Positions 49,430 to 58,651 are shown, numbered from the stretch's first letter. The stretch is DNA of 64,000 bases from Chloroflexota bacterium (GCA_018662365.1 JABJGH010000031.1:34468-98467); one strand, 5' to 3'. Translations and numbers: made by a program. Notes: generated by a model not told the origin, from the letters alone.

Positions 49430-51223
49430 TTATTCAGTATTCCTTTTAATTTTTTGCTGGACAATTTCCAGTATGGATTGATTTAGTTGGGCATCCAATT
49501 TTTGGCGAGTCGCTTCGTGGAAACTAGCATCGCCACGCACTTCGATGAGAACCGCAACCTGCTTGGCGAGCGCACTTATAACTGCTTCCTGATATGCTTT
49601 CGGTGTTTCTACCTGGTGGTAATCAAGCCCGAATAGCTCAGCCGCGGGGCCAAATTCCAGACCGTGAGGGGTGAGAAATAATTTGGTGAACTGTGGCTCA
49701 TATCCGGCGATCGGCAAGCGTTGGAAGATGCCGCCACCATCATTGTTGATTAAAATAATTGTTAATTTAAGATCATATTTTTGGATAAACAGCAGGCTAT
49801 TTAGATCATGGTAGAAGGCCAGGTCTCCAATCAGTAATGTGACATGCTCCCCACCTGCGGCAGCCCCAAGTGCGCTAGCAATGATACCGTCGATACCGCT
49901 GGCACCGCGATTGGAGAAGACATGGATGTCCATATTACGAGGACGCGCAAACTGATCTAGATGACGAATCGGCAAACTGCTCGCAATATAACAGAGGCTG
50001 TCTTGTGGAAGCTGGTCAGCTAACTCGGCGGCAATGCGTCCCTCAAACCATTCTTCGGCGAAGAGGGTTTCAATGTGATCCCAGGTGAGTTGCTCGACGG
50101 CCTGCCAAGCAGCAAGCCAAGATGATGAACTGTCTCTAATAAGCGCATCTGCAACCCCGGTACAGAGAATAGCCTCATCACACTGATAAACATGCTGCAC
50201 CAAGTAGTTTTCGTCCATCCATAAGCCACTAGAACTGACAGCGATACGCTCGGCGTTTGGGATTCGGGTCAAATAATTATTCAAATTATTTGAAATCGGG
50301 GACGCACCGAATTGAATAATAAGATCAGGGGGATCTAACTGTTTACCAAGTTCGGTGGGCAAGAAAGTTTCATAAGCGCCGATGATATGTTCATTGACCA
50401 AGGAATTGAAACGTAAACCAGAGAGACTATCCGCCAAGATCGGGGCACCCAAGAGTTCTGCTAGCCGCATAACAGCTGAGGGAAAATCATTGCCAGGACA
50501 ACGGGGGCCGCAAACCAACAAGGGACGTTCGGCGGCAGTCAAGATCTCCACAAACTGCGCATATTGCTCGATGGTTGGCTGGGTTCTGCCGCGCTGGACA
50601 AGACCTCTCCCGTAATCGTTTTCCGTTAAGATGGATTGCCAGAGATCATCGGGGACATCACCATCTACGGTAATTGGTCCTAGGGGCTTTCTGAAGGGAA
50701 TATTTAAATGCACCGGGCCGGGATGTTCTCCCAAGGACTTGGCAATGGTTCTCCCCCCCATACCAAGCAGATAACGCACAAGCTTGAGATCTGGGGCAGC
50801 TTCCGGGAGAGGTAAATCAACGAACCAGCGAACATGATCGCCATATAATTTTATTTGGTCAATAGTCTGGTTTGCACCACTGTCCCGCAGTTCTTGGGGG
50901 CGGTCGGCGGTCAGCACGATGAGGGGGACACCGGCATAGTTGGCCTCTACGACGGCGGGAAAATAATTGGCAGCGGCAGTGCCAGAAGTGCAAACCAAGG
51001 CAGTCGGTTTACCAGAACGGAGGGCTGCCCCTAAAGCAAAATAGCTCGCCCCGCGTTCGTCCAAGAGGACATATTCTTTAATATCTGGATGTTCAGCAAA
51101 GGCTAACGCTAACGGTGTCGAACGAGAGCCGGGGGATATGCAGACTGTTTCCAACCCGGCTCGGGCGAAACCTTCAACAAGTAAATAGCTCCAGAGCAGA
51201 TTGCGGTTGGACGGTTTAATCAT
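49430..51223 (-). CDS. menD: SEPHCHC synthase
   Basis: [64 protein letters not shown]. Confidence 0.97.
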   Translation of the reverse strand: MIKPSNRNLLWSYLLVEGFARAGLETVCISPGSRSTPLALAFAEHPDIKEYVLLDERGASYFALGAALRSGKPTALVCTSGTAAANYFPAVVEANYAGVPLIVLTADRPQELRDSGANQTIDQIKLYGDHVRWFVDLPLPEAAPDLKLVRYLLGMGGRTIAKSLGEHPGPVHLNIPFRKPLGPITVDGDVPDDLWQSILTENDYGRGLVQRGRTQPTIEQYAQFVEILTAAERPLLVCGPRCPGNDFPSAVMRLAELLGAPILADSLSGLRFNSLVNEHIIGAYETFLPTELGKQLDPPDLIIQFGASPISNNLNNYLTRIPNAERIAVSSSGLWMDENYLVQHVYQCDEAILCTGVADALIRDSSSSWLAAWQAVEQLTWDHIETLFAEEWFEGRIAAELADQLPQDSLCYIASSLPIRHLDQFARPRNMDIHVFSNRGASGIDGIIASALGAAAGGEHVTLLIGDLAFYHDLNSLLFIQKYDLKLTIILINNDGGGIFQRLPIAGYEPQFTKLFLTPHGLEFGPAAELFGLDYHQVETPKAYQEAVISALAKQVAVLIEVRGDASFHEATRQKLDAQLNQSILEIVQQKIKRNTE

Positions 51224-52625
51224 CTAGCTCGACTCCTAAGGCGTCCAGCAAGGGTTTAAATTTAAGGTCGGTTTCCCCCCATTCTTTTTCCGGCTCGGAA
51301 TCTGACACAATACCCGCCCCGGCAAACAAATAAGTGTCCACTGAGCAGTTCAAGCCAGAACGGATGGCAACGGCAAAAACACCATCACCGGCAGCATCGA
51401 CCCAACCGACCGGGGCAGCATACCAGCCGCGCTCAAAAGGTTCCACTTCACGGATATAAGCCAAGGCTGATTGGCGAGGTATACCGCCCAAAGCGGGAGT
51501 TGGATGGAGACGTTCCAACAAAGCAATCGCAGTTGTACCATGGGAAAGGATGCCATTCATCGGGGTTTCCAAATGCTGAATGTTCTTTAAGCGGCGTAAG
51601 CTGGGTGTATTAGCAACAGTTAGCTGGGAGGTGATCGGGGTAAGTTTATCGAGCATCATATCAACGACAAGCTGATGCTCATGGCGGTCTTTGGCGCTGG
51701 CGAGCAATGCGGCGCCCAGGTCAGCATCCTCGGCGGGGGTCGCACCGCGATTGTTCGAACCAGCCAAGGCGGCGGTGGTAAAACTACCGGCGGAAACATC
51801 GATCAGGGTTTCCGGTGTAGCGCCAAAGAAGACCCTGCTGCGCTCAGGTTCAATCAAGAATTTGGTGCAATCAGGATAATTGGCAGTGAGATACTGCATG
51901 ACATTGGCAAAATCAGGCGATGATGTCCCAATGAGGTGGGCAGTGCGAGCGAGAACAACTTTGTCCAAATGGCCTGTTTGCATATGAGACAAAGCGCCAT
52001 TGATGATCGCGTCCCACTGATATTTTTCCATATCGGCTTCAAAATCAACAGTTGGGGAAACAAATCCGGTATCATCATCGCAGGGTCTCTCACTCCCCAG
52101 CTGATTCCAATCTTCGATATGTTGACTTTCATGGCGAGCGAGTTCCTCGGCTTCTTCTTGATGAGCAAAAACATTAACGGTTAGCCAGCTTTGACCCTCA
52201 AGTTGTATTATTTGGTAGTGAGGCAGGCCAAACCAAGCAGCAGGAAAACCCTGCCAGCGTTGGCCGTCAACTTGATCCCAAAATGAAAAACCACCAAAAA
52301 ATCGGGGCCGAATCTCATCTGGCAGATCGTGATCAAGGAGGATGATCTTGTTTAAGAGGGTCTTAGTTCTTTCCTCTATATGCCAAAAACGCTCCAGGCC
52401 GCTAGCCTTGATGGTGGTGGCCCAGCCTAACCCGGCAATCTGCATAGCGTCTCCCTGCCCAGCCCAATAAAGACGCGGCAGAGTTGGTTGATGGGTTAAA
52501 AAGTGCCAGATCGAAAAATGCTCAACGCGGCGAGTATAGCTTACCAGAACCTGGTCTGCTGGCCATAAGTCGTCATTTTTAGCAATGTAGTGATTCACCT
52601 TGGGAAGAGTTTTCATAATTGTCAT
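51216..52625 (-). CDS. menF: Isochorismate synthase
   Basis: KVVLAR, GATPETL, ALAGS, KDRHEH, IQHL, HPTPALGG, RGWYAAPVG, AGAGIV. Confidence 0.92.
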   Translation of the reverse strand: MTIMKTLPKVNHYIAKNDDLWPADQVLVSYTRRVEHFSIWHFLTHQPTLPRLYWAGQGDAMQIAGLGWATTIKASGLERFWHIEERTKTLLNKIILLDHDLPDEIRPRFFGGFSFWDQVDGQRWQGFPAAWFGLPHYQIIQLEGQSWLTVNVFAHQEEAEELARHESQHIEDWNQLGSERPCDDDTGFVSPTVDFEADMEKYQWDAIINGALSHMQTGHLDKVVLARTAHLIGTSSPDFANVMQYLTANYPDCTKFLIEPERSRVFFGATPETLIDVSAGSFTTAALAGSNNRGATPAEDADLGAALLASAKDRHEHQLVVDMMLDKLTPITSQLTVANTPSLRRLKNIQHLETPMNGILSHGTTAIALLERLHPTPALGGIPRQSALAYIREVEPFERGWYAAPVGWVDAAGDGVFAVAIRSGLNCSVDTYLFAGAGIVSDSEPEKEWGETDLKFKPLLDALGVELDD

Positions 52626-52631
52626 TCTGTT

Positions 52632-53252
52632 TCAATTCAATGTTTTCAATTTTTCTTCTGAGATGCCAATGCTACGAAGGAGCATGGTATGCAAGGTCGG
52701 GATGACACGCTCCGGTTCCGGATCGCCAGTGCGCACCCAACGCATAACAACATCGTTGATGGCTCCCATCCAGATGAAAGCAGCGACCTCGGTATCGATA
52801 GGAGCAATATCACCCTCCTTAACGGCTTGATCGAGGTGTTTTTGGATCATGCGAGCAAAGCGGGTATGAATTTCAGCCTGCTTGATTTCAAAGCTTTCGC
52901 CAAGTCCGGTGGCCTGGACTAGAAATATTTTTGCGAGATTACCATATTTTTGGAAGGTTTCAAGGCAAGTACGCAAAGCAACATCAACGCGCTGGACGCC
53001 GTGTTCTTCACGGGCGATGGCCGCTGAAAGATTTCGTTCCAGAACTTCCACAAACTGCTCAATGATGGCAAAAAAGATCTTTTGTTTGCTGGGAAAATGA
53101 AAGTAAACCGCACCCTTGGAGGTTTGCGAGGCATCGACAATTTCATCAACGCGTGCATCATGATAACCTTTATCAGCAAAGATGTTGACAGCAGCATCCA
53201 TGATTTTTTTCCGGGTTTCTTTGGCTTTGTCTGGGGAACTGGATATATTCAT
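52632..53252 (-). CDS. TetR/AcrR-family regulator
   Basis: RKKIMDAAVNIFADKGYHDARVDEIV...SKGAVYFHFPSK. The ATG at 53252 is preferred over the GTG at 53279. Confidence 0.92.
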   Translation of the reverse strand: MNISSSPDKAKETRKKIMDAAVNIFADKGYHDARVDEIVDASQTSKGAVYFHFPSKQKIFFAIIEQFVEVLERNLSAAIAREEHGVQRVDVALRTCLETFQKYGNLAKIFLVQATGLGESFEIKQAEIHTRFARMIQKHLDQAVKEGDIAPIDTEVAAFIWMGAINDVVMRWVRTGDPEPERVIPTLHTMLLRSIGISEEKLKTLN

Positions 53253-53270
53253 AAGCGCCTTTATTGTGCA

Positions 53271-53308
53271 TATATTCACAACAGACTGACTAGTCTGTTG
53301 TGAATATA
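53271..53308. promoter_or_regulatory. Candidate TetR operator
   Basis: Perfect 17-bp inverted repeat TATATTCACAACAGACT-GACT-AGTCTGTTGTGAATATA between tetR and the divergent menH. Confidence 0.75.
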
Positions 53309-53418
53309 GTAATCCAAAAGGGGGATTTTTTCAATAACCTTGGCTATCAAAAACTATCAGGCCTGACCCACTTCCTGCTTGATTTGTATTCACTGTAACT
53401 TATATAATTCGGTACAAT

Positions 53419-54258
53419 ATGCCTATGGATATAATTTGGCCCCATCTAACTTTTGGCAATGCGCAAAAACCACCGATTATATTCTTGCATGGATTTATGG
53501 GCAGAGGGGAGGATTGGCGGGCAGTCTGTGAGATGCTGGCAGGAGACTTTTATTGTTTGGCGCCCGATCTGCCGGGGCACGGCGAGAATACGAAACTACC
53601 GCTGGATGCTCCGATTATTTTTAATGACTTAGCAAAGGGTGTACTAACTTTGTTGGATGTCTATGCCTTACCCCTAGCGGCATTGGTTGGATATTCAATG
53701 GGCGGGCGGGTTGCACTACATACAATTATTAAGCACCCAGCGCGATTTCGAGCGCTGGTTTTGGAAAGTGCCAGCCCAGGGTTAAAAGAGGAAAAAGAAC
53801 GTCAGGAGCGGTTGGAAATTGACGGGATGCGGGCAAAAAATATCTTGCAGAATGGTCTACCTTCTTTCTTGGAAAAATGGTATCAGGCTGAGGTGTTTGC
53901 TTCGTTGCAAAGCCGTCCGAAAATCCTAGATTCGATAAAAACTGCCCGCCGGCAAAATGAGGCAGCGTGGATGGCAAAGATAATCATTGACCTCAGCCCA
54001 GGACAGCAGCAGCCACTATGGGAGGAACTGCCCAACCTAGCGCTGCCAAGCCTAATCCTGGCAGGCGAACTAGACGAAAAGTACAGTCTAATTGCAACAA
54101 AAACGGCAGGGGCTGTGGTCAATGCACAATTACAATTAATCCCGGAGACGGGGCATAATATCCATACGGAGGAGGCAGGGGTGTTTGTGAAGGAGGTGGA
54201 AGTATTTTTGAAGAGAACTAATGAGGTGCACCCAAATTTCTGTACCACCCAGAATTAG
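53419..54258 (+). CDS. menH: SHCHC synthase (alpha/beta hydrolase); C-terminus runs into the IS end
   Basis: FLHGFMG, PDLPGHG, GYSMGGR, LESASPG, GELDEKY, GHNIH. The last 12 codons lie within the IS inverted repeat. Confidence 0.9.
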   Translation: MPMDIIWPHLTFGNAQKPPIIFLHGFMGRGEDWRAVCEMLAGDFYCLAPDLPGHGENTKLPLDAPIIFNDLAKGVLTLLDVYALPLAALVGYSMGGRVALHTIIKHPARFRALVLESASPGLKEEKERQERLEIDGMRAKNILQNGLPSFLEKWYQAEVFASLQSRPKILDSIKTARRQNEAAWMAKIIIDLSPGQQQPLWEELPNLALPSLILAGELDEKYSLIATKTAGAVVNAQLQLIPETGHNIHTEEAGVFVKEVEVFLKRTNEVHPNFCTTQN

Positions 54259-55130
54259 ACTGTAACTTGATTTTGATGATCTAGCAAGGGAATTTTTGAA
54301 TGCTTAGCTGCAAAAGTGGAAGGGGGAAGATAGTCTAGCGCACTATGGGGGCGAATATGATTGTACTCATCTCGCCAAGTTTCAACAATTGTTCGCATTT
54401 CTGGTAAAGTGAAAAACAAATAACGATTAAGACATTCCATTCTAAATTTACCAAGAAAACTTTCGATATAGGAATTCTCCCAAGGACTACCCGGGTGAAT
54501 ATAAAGTGTCTTGCAGCCCTGTTCGGCAAACCAACTCTGAATATTATGAGCAATAAACTCTGGGCCATTATCACTACGCATATATTTAGGGGGCCCATAA
54601 ATGCGAAATAGCCAATCTAGCAGATGAATAACTTTTTCTGATGTGAACGAGCGATCCGCCTGGAATGCAAGAAATTCTCAAGTGTACTCGTCGATAATCA
54701 CCAAAATACGTGTTCGTTTTCAGTTCTGCAAGCTCTCTTCCAGGAAATCATAACTCCAGACATGATTGCGAAATTCTGCCTTGTGGATCACATCTCCTTT
54801 GGGTCCATAGTGTCTCTTGCGAGTATTTCTCCGAGGAAGCTGTAGTCCTTCCACCTGCTGCCAGACACGTTGTACTCGTTTGTGGTTCACCTGTGAGCCC
54901 TCCCGCTTCAGCACCACTGCGATCCTCTTCGGTAACCATACCCAGGATGTCGATGAGCGAGTTTTCGAACACTTTGACTAAATGCCATTTCCTCTGGATC
55001 ATCTTTGGAAATATATCGAGTACTCGAACGATTCATCCCTATCAACTGACAAGCACCACGTTCTGAATAACTGTGCTCTGATATCAGGTATTTTTACCAC
55101 CCTTCGCTTTGCTTGAGGACTCACCAATCT
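54255..55130 (-). pseudogene. IS3 OrfB DDE transposase, multiply frameshifted
   Basis: Fragments GYGYR, VNHKRVQRVW, NHVWSYDF, RSDNGPEF, PGSPWENSYIESF, YNHIRPHSAL in different frames. Confidence 0.85.
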
Positions 55131-55387
55131 TTTCCCAACAAATCTTTCATACTATCCAAATCAAGTACTTGTTGGGCAACAATCTTCTTCAAACGTGTAT
55201 TTTCTTTTTTCAATCCCTTGAGTTTCTTCAAAAGAGGTTTGCCCATCCCCCCATATTTGTTCCTCCATAGGTAGATTGTAGATCTCCCAACGTTGTGCTC
55301 TCGATACAAATCATCAACACTTTTTCCGTTTTCAAACTTTTCCAAGATTTTCACAAGCTGTGTTTCACTAAATTTATTCCTTTTCAC
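55121..55387 (-). CDS. IS3 OrfA (HTH)
   Basis: KFSETQLVKIL, TIYLWRNKYGG, ENTRLKKIVA; G-GGA-AAA slippery site just before the stop. Confidence 0.85.
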   Translation of the reverse strand: MKRNKFSETQLVKILEKFENGKSVDDLYREHNVGRSTIYLWRNKYGGMGKPLLKKLKGLKKENTRLKKIVAQQVLDLDSMKDLLGKDW

Positions 55388-55476
55388 AATAACTACCTCC
55401 TGAATCTATTTACTAATTTTGTCTAATTCAGGTTGGTACAGTTTTTGGGGGTCACGTCATATACTGTCCATTGAGT

Positions 55477-55499
55477 CTATTGTGTCCATAAATTCCACC
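55477..55499 (+). repeat. 23-bp motif, copy B (att-arm-like)
   Basis: CTATTGTGTCCATAAATTCCACC, 17 bp from the IS end. Confidence 0.6.
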
Positions 55500-55658
55500 C
55501 TGTTTGTACCAAGATTGCACCGGAAAGGCGATTTGGATTTCAAGAAATAGCTTACATCAGAAACATAATCTTCTCATTCCTCAATAATTGTCTCTTTTCT
55601 ATTTTGATATGCAGGATTGTGCTTATTTATTTTGTCCCATTTCCCTGAAGACATACAA

Positions 55659-56237
55659 TTACGAGCGATCTCCAACCAGGGTCGTAGCGAGATAGTATAC
55701 AACTCCTGGTTTTAGGTTGCCCTTTAATTTGCTTGCCACATCGACCAGCATGGAGCCGATGAAGTGGATATTTTTTGGAAAGATCTCGGCGGCCTGAGCC
55801 CGAAACAATACCGTGGCGTTCAGGGTATCGCCTTCAATATAGAAATGAATCTCACGCATACATTTGGCTTCCACATCCGAACTGTGGTGTGCCCTGGCGG
55901 TGTTGGGAATGGTTAAGACAGCTCGTTTCGATTCCGGAAACTTTTTGAGGCAGTCAACGACATTGGAAAGTTTTGATTTCATTCCGGCTCGATAATCGCC
56001 CTGAGATCCGCCCCGATGATCGGAGAAGTAGGCCTGTATGTTTTCTTCGGAAATATCTTGTTCCAAATTCCAAGCTGAATAAACCATTAAAGCTTCAATA
56101 GGAAACAATTCAGTCTCCACTACAAAGTCATCCATTCGAATGGTTTGTTGAAAGTTTCGAATTGACCCATGCTTGCCTGTAAGCTGAGTCATGATCTCCC
56201 AGGTCTCTCTACAGCTCTTTATCTCATCTGTTCCCAT
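55659..56237 (-). CDS. Divergent thymidylate-synthase-fold protein
   Basis: SKRAVLTI, KCMREIHF, LNATVLFRAQ, FPKN, GVVYY align with ThyA core elements. The ATG at 56237 is preferred. Confidence 0.6.
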   Translation of the reverse strand: MGTDEIKSCRETWEIMTQLTGKHGSIRNFQQTIRMDDFVVETELFPIEALMVYSAWNLEQDISEENIQAYFSDHRGGSQGDYRAGMKSKLSNVVDCLKKFPESKRAVLTIPNTARAHHSSDVEAKCMREIHFYIEGDTLNATVLFRAQAAEIFPKNIHFIGSMLVDVASKLKGNLKPGVVYYLATTLVGDRS

Positions 56238-56345
56238 AGTTTTCTCCCGGGTAATCTTCGCGTGTCTAATCTTATCCTTAGTATAACCGAGGAGACAATT
56301 AATCAAGCAAATCTGAAGCCTAACTCAAAATCCCCGTACATACTG

Positions 56346-56386
56346 TGACCCGCCTGGGAATCGAACCCTGAAACTACTGGTTAAGA
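56346..56386 (-). repeat. Degenerate tRNA-Lys(CTT) 3' half (att-like)
   Basis: Minus strand TCTTAACCAGTAGTTTCAGGGTTCGATTCCCAGGCGGGTCA; similar to 45487-45536; no 5' half. Confidence 0.65.
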
Positions 56387-56450
56387 ATCGGTTGGAAAAC
56401 CGTCCACCCTGTATATAGTGTCCACAATGTCCATCACGTCTCCATTACGT

Positions 56451-56473
56451 CTATTATGTCCATTGTTTCTACC
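56451..56473 (+). repeat. 23-bp motif, copy C (att-arm-like)
   Basis: CTATTATGTCCATTGTTTCTACC, preceded by short GTCYA repeats from 56401. Confidence 0.6.
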
Positions 56474-56545
56474 TATATTGCCCCAGAAATGAAATCTTGC
56501 TTTTTTAGCAAGTGGAATAATGGCGAATACAGGTCATTAAAAGAG

Positions 56546-56570
56546 AAATACCCCTATCGCTAGGGGTATT
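56546..56570 (-). terminator. Terminator after tRNA-Arg
   Basis: AATACCCCTA/TAGGGGTATT hairpin followed by TTCTCTTTT on the minus strand. Confidence 0.7.
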
Positions 56571-56575
56571 ATCAG

Positions 56576-56648
56576 CGCACCCGGAGGGACTCGAACCCCC
56601 AACCCACTGATTCGAAGTCAGGCACTCTATCCATTGAGCTACGGGTGC
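56576..56648 (-). tRNA. tRNA-Arg (anticodon TCG)
   Basis: GCACCCG/CGGGTGC acceptor stem, D arm GCTCAATGGATAGAGT, loop CT-TCG-AA, GGGGG-TTCGAGT-CCCTC T arm; 73 nt; CCA not encoded. Confidence 0.93.
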
Positions 56649-56710
56649 ATTTTGCTTAATTTCTAAGCCCTGCAATTATACCGCAGGCAGATAAAATTTC
56701 CAATCTTAAG

Positions 56711-57643
56711 CTACTTACCCTCCCCAGATTTTAGACCTAATTGTGAAGCGATCAGCACAATTGCAAACCAGACTGCCGCTGCCAGAGCAACGTGAGTGCC
56801 CATCAGCCACACTGGAAATTGCAAGCTAACCTTTAGACCTCCGACCGCAGCTTGCGAAAGGTAGAGGATCACAAACCATAGAATAGTCGTGTTCAAACCT
56901 TTTGATAAATCACCATTTTTTCTTGCCTGAAGGTAGAGCCTAATCACCCAAACAGATGTGATCGCCACCAGCAACCTGTGGAACATATGGATCCATCCCA
57001 ATATATGTGTGGGGATCAGCCGTCCATTACATAGAGGCCAACCACTACAGGCAAATGTAGAACCACTCCCCGCTGTATACGCCCCAGTTACCAGCACAAC
57101 AAAGATCATGATCATCGTCCAAAGTGCTAACTTTTCGAAATCTGCCTTAAAGGCTATCCTGGGTTGTTCTTGAGGGTTAGTGATCAATTTGTCGACGGTC
57201 ATCCCGGCCAGAATGATTAAGCCCAAAATGACCAGCGCGTTGCCCATATGCACCGCTACCAGATCGGGCGGGGTTTCGAGCAAGACCACCACACCGCCCA
57301 AAAGCCCCTGTACACCCAACAAGAACATCGCCCATAGCAAAGTATTTTTGATCAATTTAACCTTGCGATATTTCCACCAACCAATGAATGCTGAAGCTAA
57401 GATCAAAGGAGAAGTAAGTGTTGCCACCAAGCGGTGAATATATTCGATGATCGCATCCGCTCTCATGGGGGGGATCCACTTGCCGAAGCATGTGGGCCAG
57501 TCTGGGCATCCCAACCCTGAGCCTGTAACCCGCACGATTCCACCGACAACGATCAACAAATAGGTGAATACCATCGTCGTCACCAATAATTTCTTATATC
57601 TATTCAGTGAGACTTCACTGTAAGATTTATCTAAGTCAGCCAT
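56711..57643 (-). CDS. ctaA: Heme A synthase (COX15/CtaA)
   Basis: SGLGCPDWPTC, IEYIHRL, AVHMG, ACSGWPLC, HMFHR, GTHVAL. Confidence 0.92.
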   Translation of the reverse strand: MADLDKSYSEVSLNRYKKLLVTTMVFTYLLIVVGGIVRVTGSGLGCPDWPTCFGKWIPPMRADAIIEYIHRLVATLTSPLILASAFIGWWKYRKVKLIKNTLLWAMFLLGVQGLLGGVVVLLETPPDLVAVHMGNALVILGLIILAGMTVDKLITNPQEQPRIAFKADFEKLALWTMIMIFVVLVTGAYTAGSGSTFACSGWPLCNGRLIPTHILGWIHMFHRLLVAITSVWVIRLYLQARKNGDLSKGLNTTILWFVILYLSQAAVGGLKVSLQFPVWLMGTHVALAAAVWFAIVLIASQLGLKSGEGK

Positions 57644-57766
57644 TCTCCAATCTCCTCAAATTCATTTGTTCAATTAAATACAATTATAATCGATTCAGTT
57701 TTTTTATAGCAAAAATTTCTAATTAATTTTCCGTATTGACATTTCCTATTTTCCAATATTACGAAT

Positions 57767-57798
57767 AAAAAAAACTCCCACAGAGGATCTTGTGGGAG
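57767..57798 (-). terminator. Intrinsic terminator
   Basis: CTCCCACA/TGTGGGAG stem followed by an 8-T tract on the minus strand. Confidence 0.75.
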
Positions 57799-57837
57799 CA
57801 AATTTTCTTTCAGGAGAGGTATACAGAATTCGTATTC

Positions 57838-58473
57838 CTAGGCGACTTGCCCTTCCTCTTCCTCAAAATATTCACCGTTATGTTCAGCTTGGGCACGGCG
57901 ATAAGCAATTTCCATTGCGGTGAGAATCGGTTTTTGCACCTTTACTTCTTCTACCTCTGCAACTGGAATTTCTTGCAAAGCCTTGAGACTAAGTTTAATC
58001 TGTTTCTTGCGGCGGTTGAGATCGATCACTCTAACTTCGATTTCATCGCCAACTTTTACAGCATCTTCAGGAGTTCGCACATAATCGTGGGTGAGTTCAC
58101 TAATGTGAGCTAAGCCCGGGCGTTCTGCGCCGATCTCAACAAAGGCACCAAATTTTTCTAAGCGCACGACCTTTCCTTGCACGGTCATACCCTTTTTGAT
58201 CTCACGCCATTCCAAAGGAAGGGGTTCAATCATGGTCAAGTCGATATGTTTTGCGTTTTGGTGCAAACGGCGCACCCACACATCCACCTCTTGACCAACC
58301 TGAACAACATCTTCAACCCGTTTGGCGGGGTCGCTGCTCAAGTTAGAAATGTGAACGATGCCAGGAAATTCTTGGCCTACATCCACAATTGCACCAGCTA
58401 AGGTGGTCTTAAGTACCTTGCCTTTGAAGTGCATTTTTCGCTTTAATTCGGGAGTTGTGATTGTATCACTCAT
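57838..58473 (-). CDS. Protein with two S1 RNA-binding domains
   Basis: GAIVDVG...GIVHISNL and FGAFVEIG...GLAHISEL, IKLSLK. The ATG at 58473 is preferred. Confidence 0.88.
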   Translation of the reverse strand: MSDTITTPELKRKMHFKGKVLKTTLAGAIVDVGQEFPGIVHISNLSSDPAKRVEDVVQVGQEVDVWVRRLHQNAKHIDLTMIEPLPLEWREIKKGMTVQGKVVRLEKFGAFVEIGAERPGLAHISELTHDYVRTPEDAVKVGDEIEVRVIDLNRRKKQIKLSLKALQEIPVAEVEEVKVQKPILTAMEIAYRRAQAEHNGEYFEEEEGQVA

Positions 58474-58651
58474 AGTATACCTCTCATATTTGTATATGTT
58501 TTCACACAAGACTGTATTCTACTCTCTAGTGCCGTTTTTGTAAAGATATAATGGAAAATTGATGCCAATTTAATGAAGAGAAACGATATTTTACGAGGGA
58601 TATCTATGATTCATTATACATGAAAAAAGTCTTAGATTATAATGGTCCATT

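Larger units (their letters stand above)
54222..55459 (-). mobile_element. IS3-family insertion sequence (decayed), 1238 bp
   Basis: 39-bp terminal inverted repeats, 30/39 identical (TGAGGTGCACCC.../TGACGTGACCCC...); orfA plus fragmented orfB. No matching target-site duplication. Confidence 0.9.

Noticed and set aside
54218-55463. Target-site duplication around the IS3 element
   Set aside because: Left flank CTAA and right flank TATA do not match as 3- or 4-bp direct repeats.
56401-56473. CRISPR array or tandem repeat
   Set aside because: Only 5-6 bp GTCYA units with irregular short spacing; no 23-50 bp repeat-spacer structure and no cas genes anywhere in the window.
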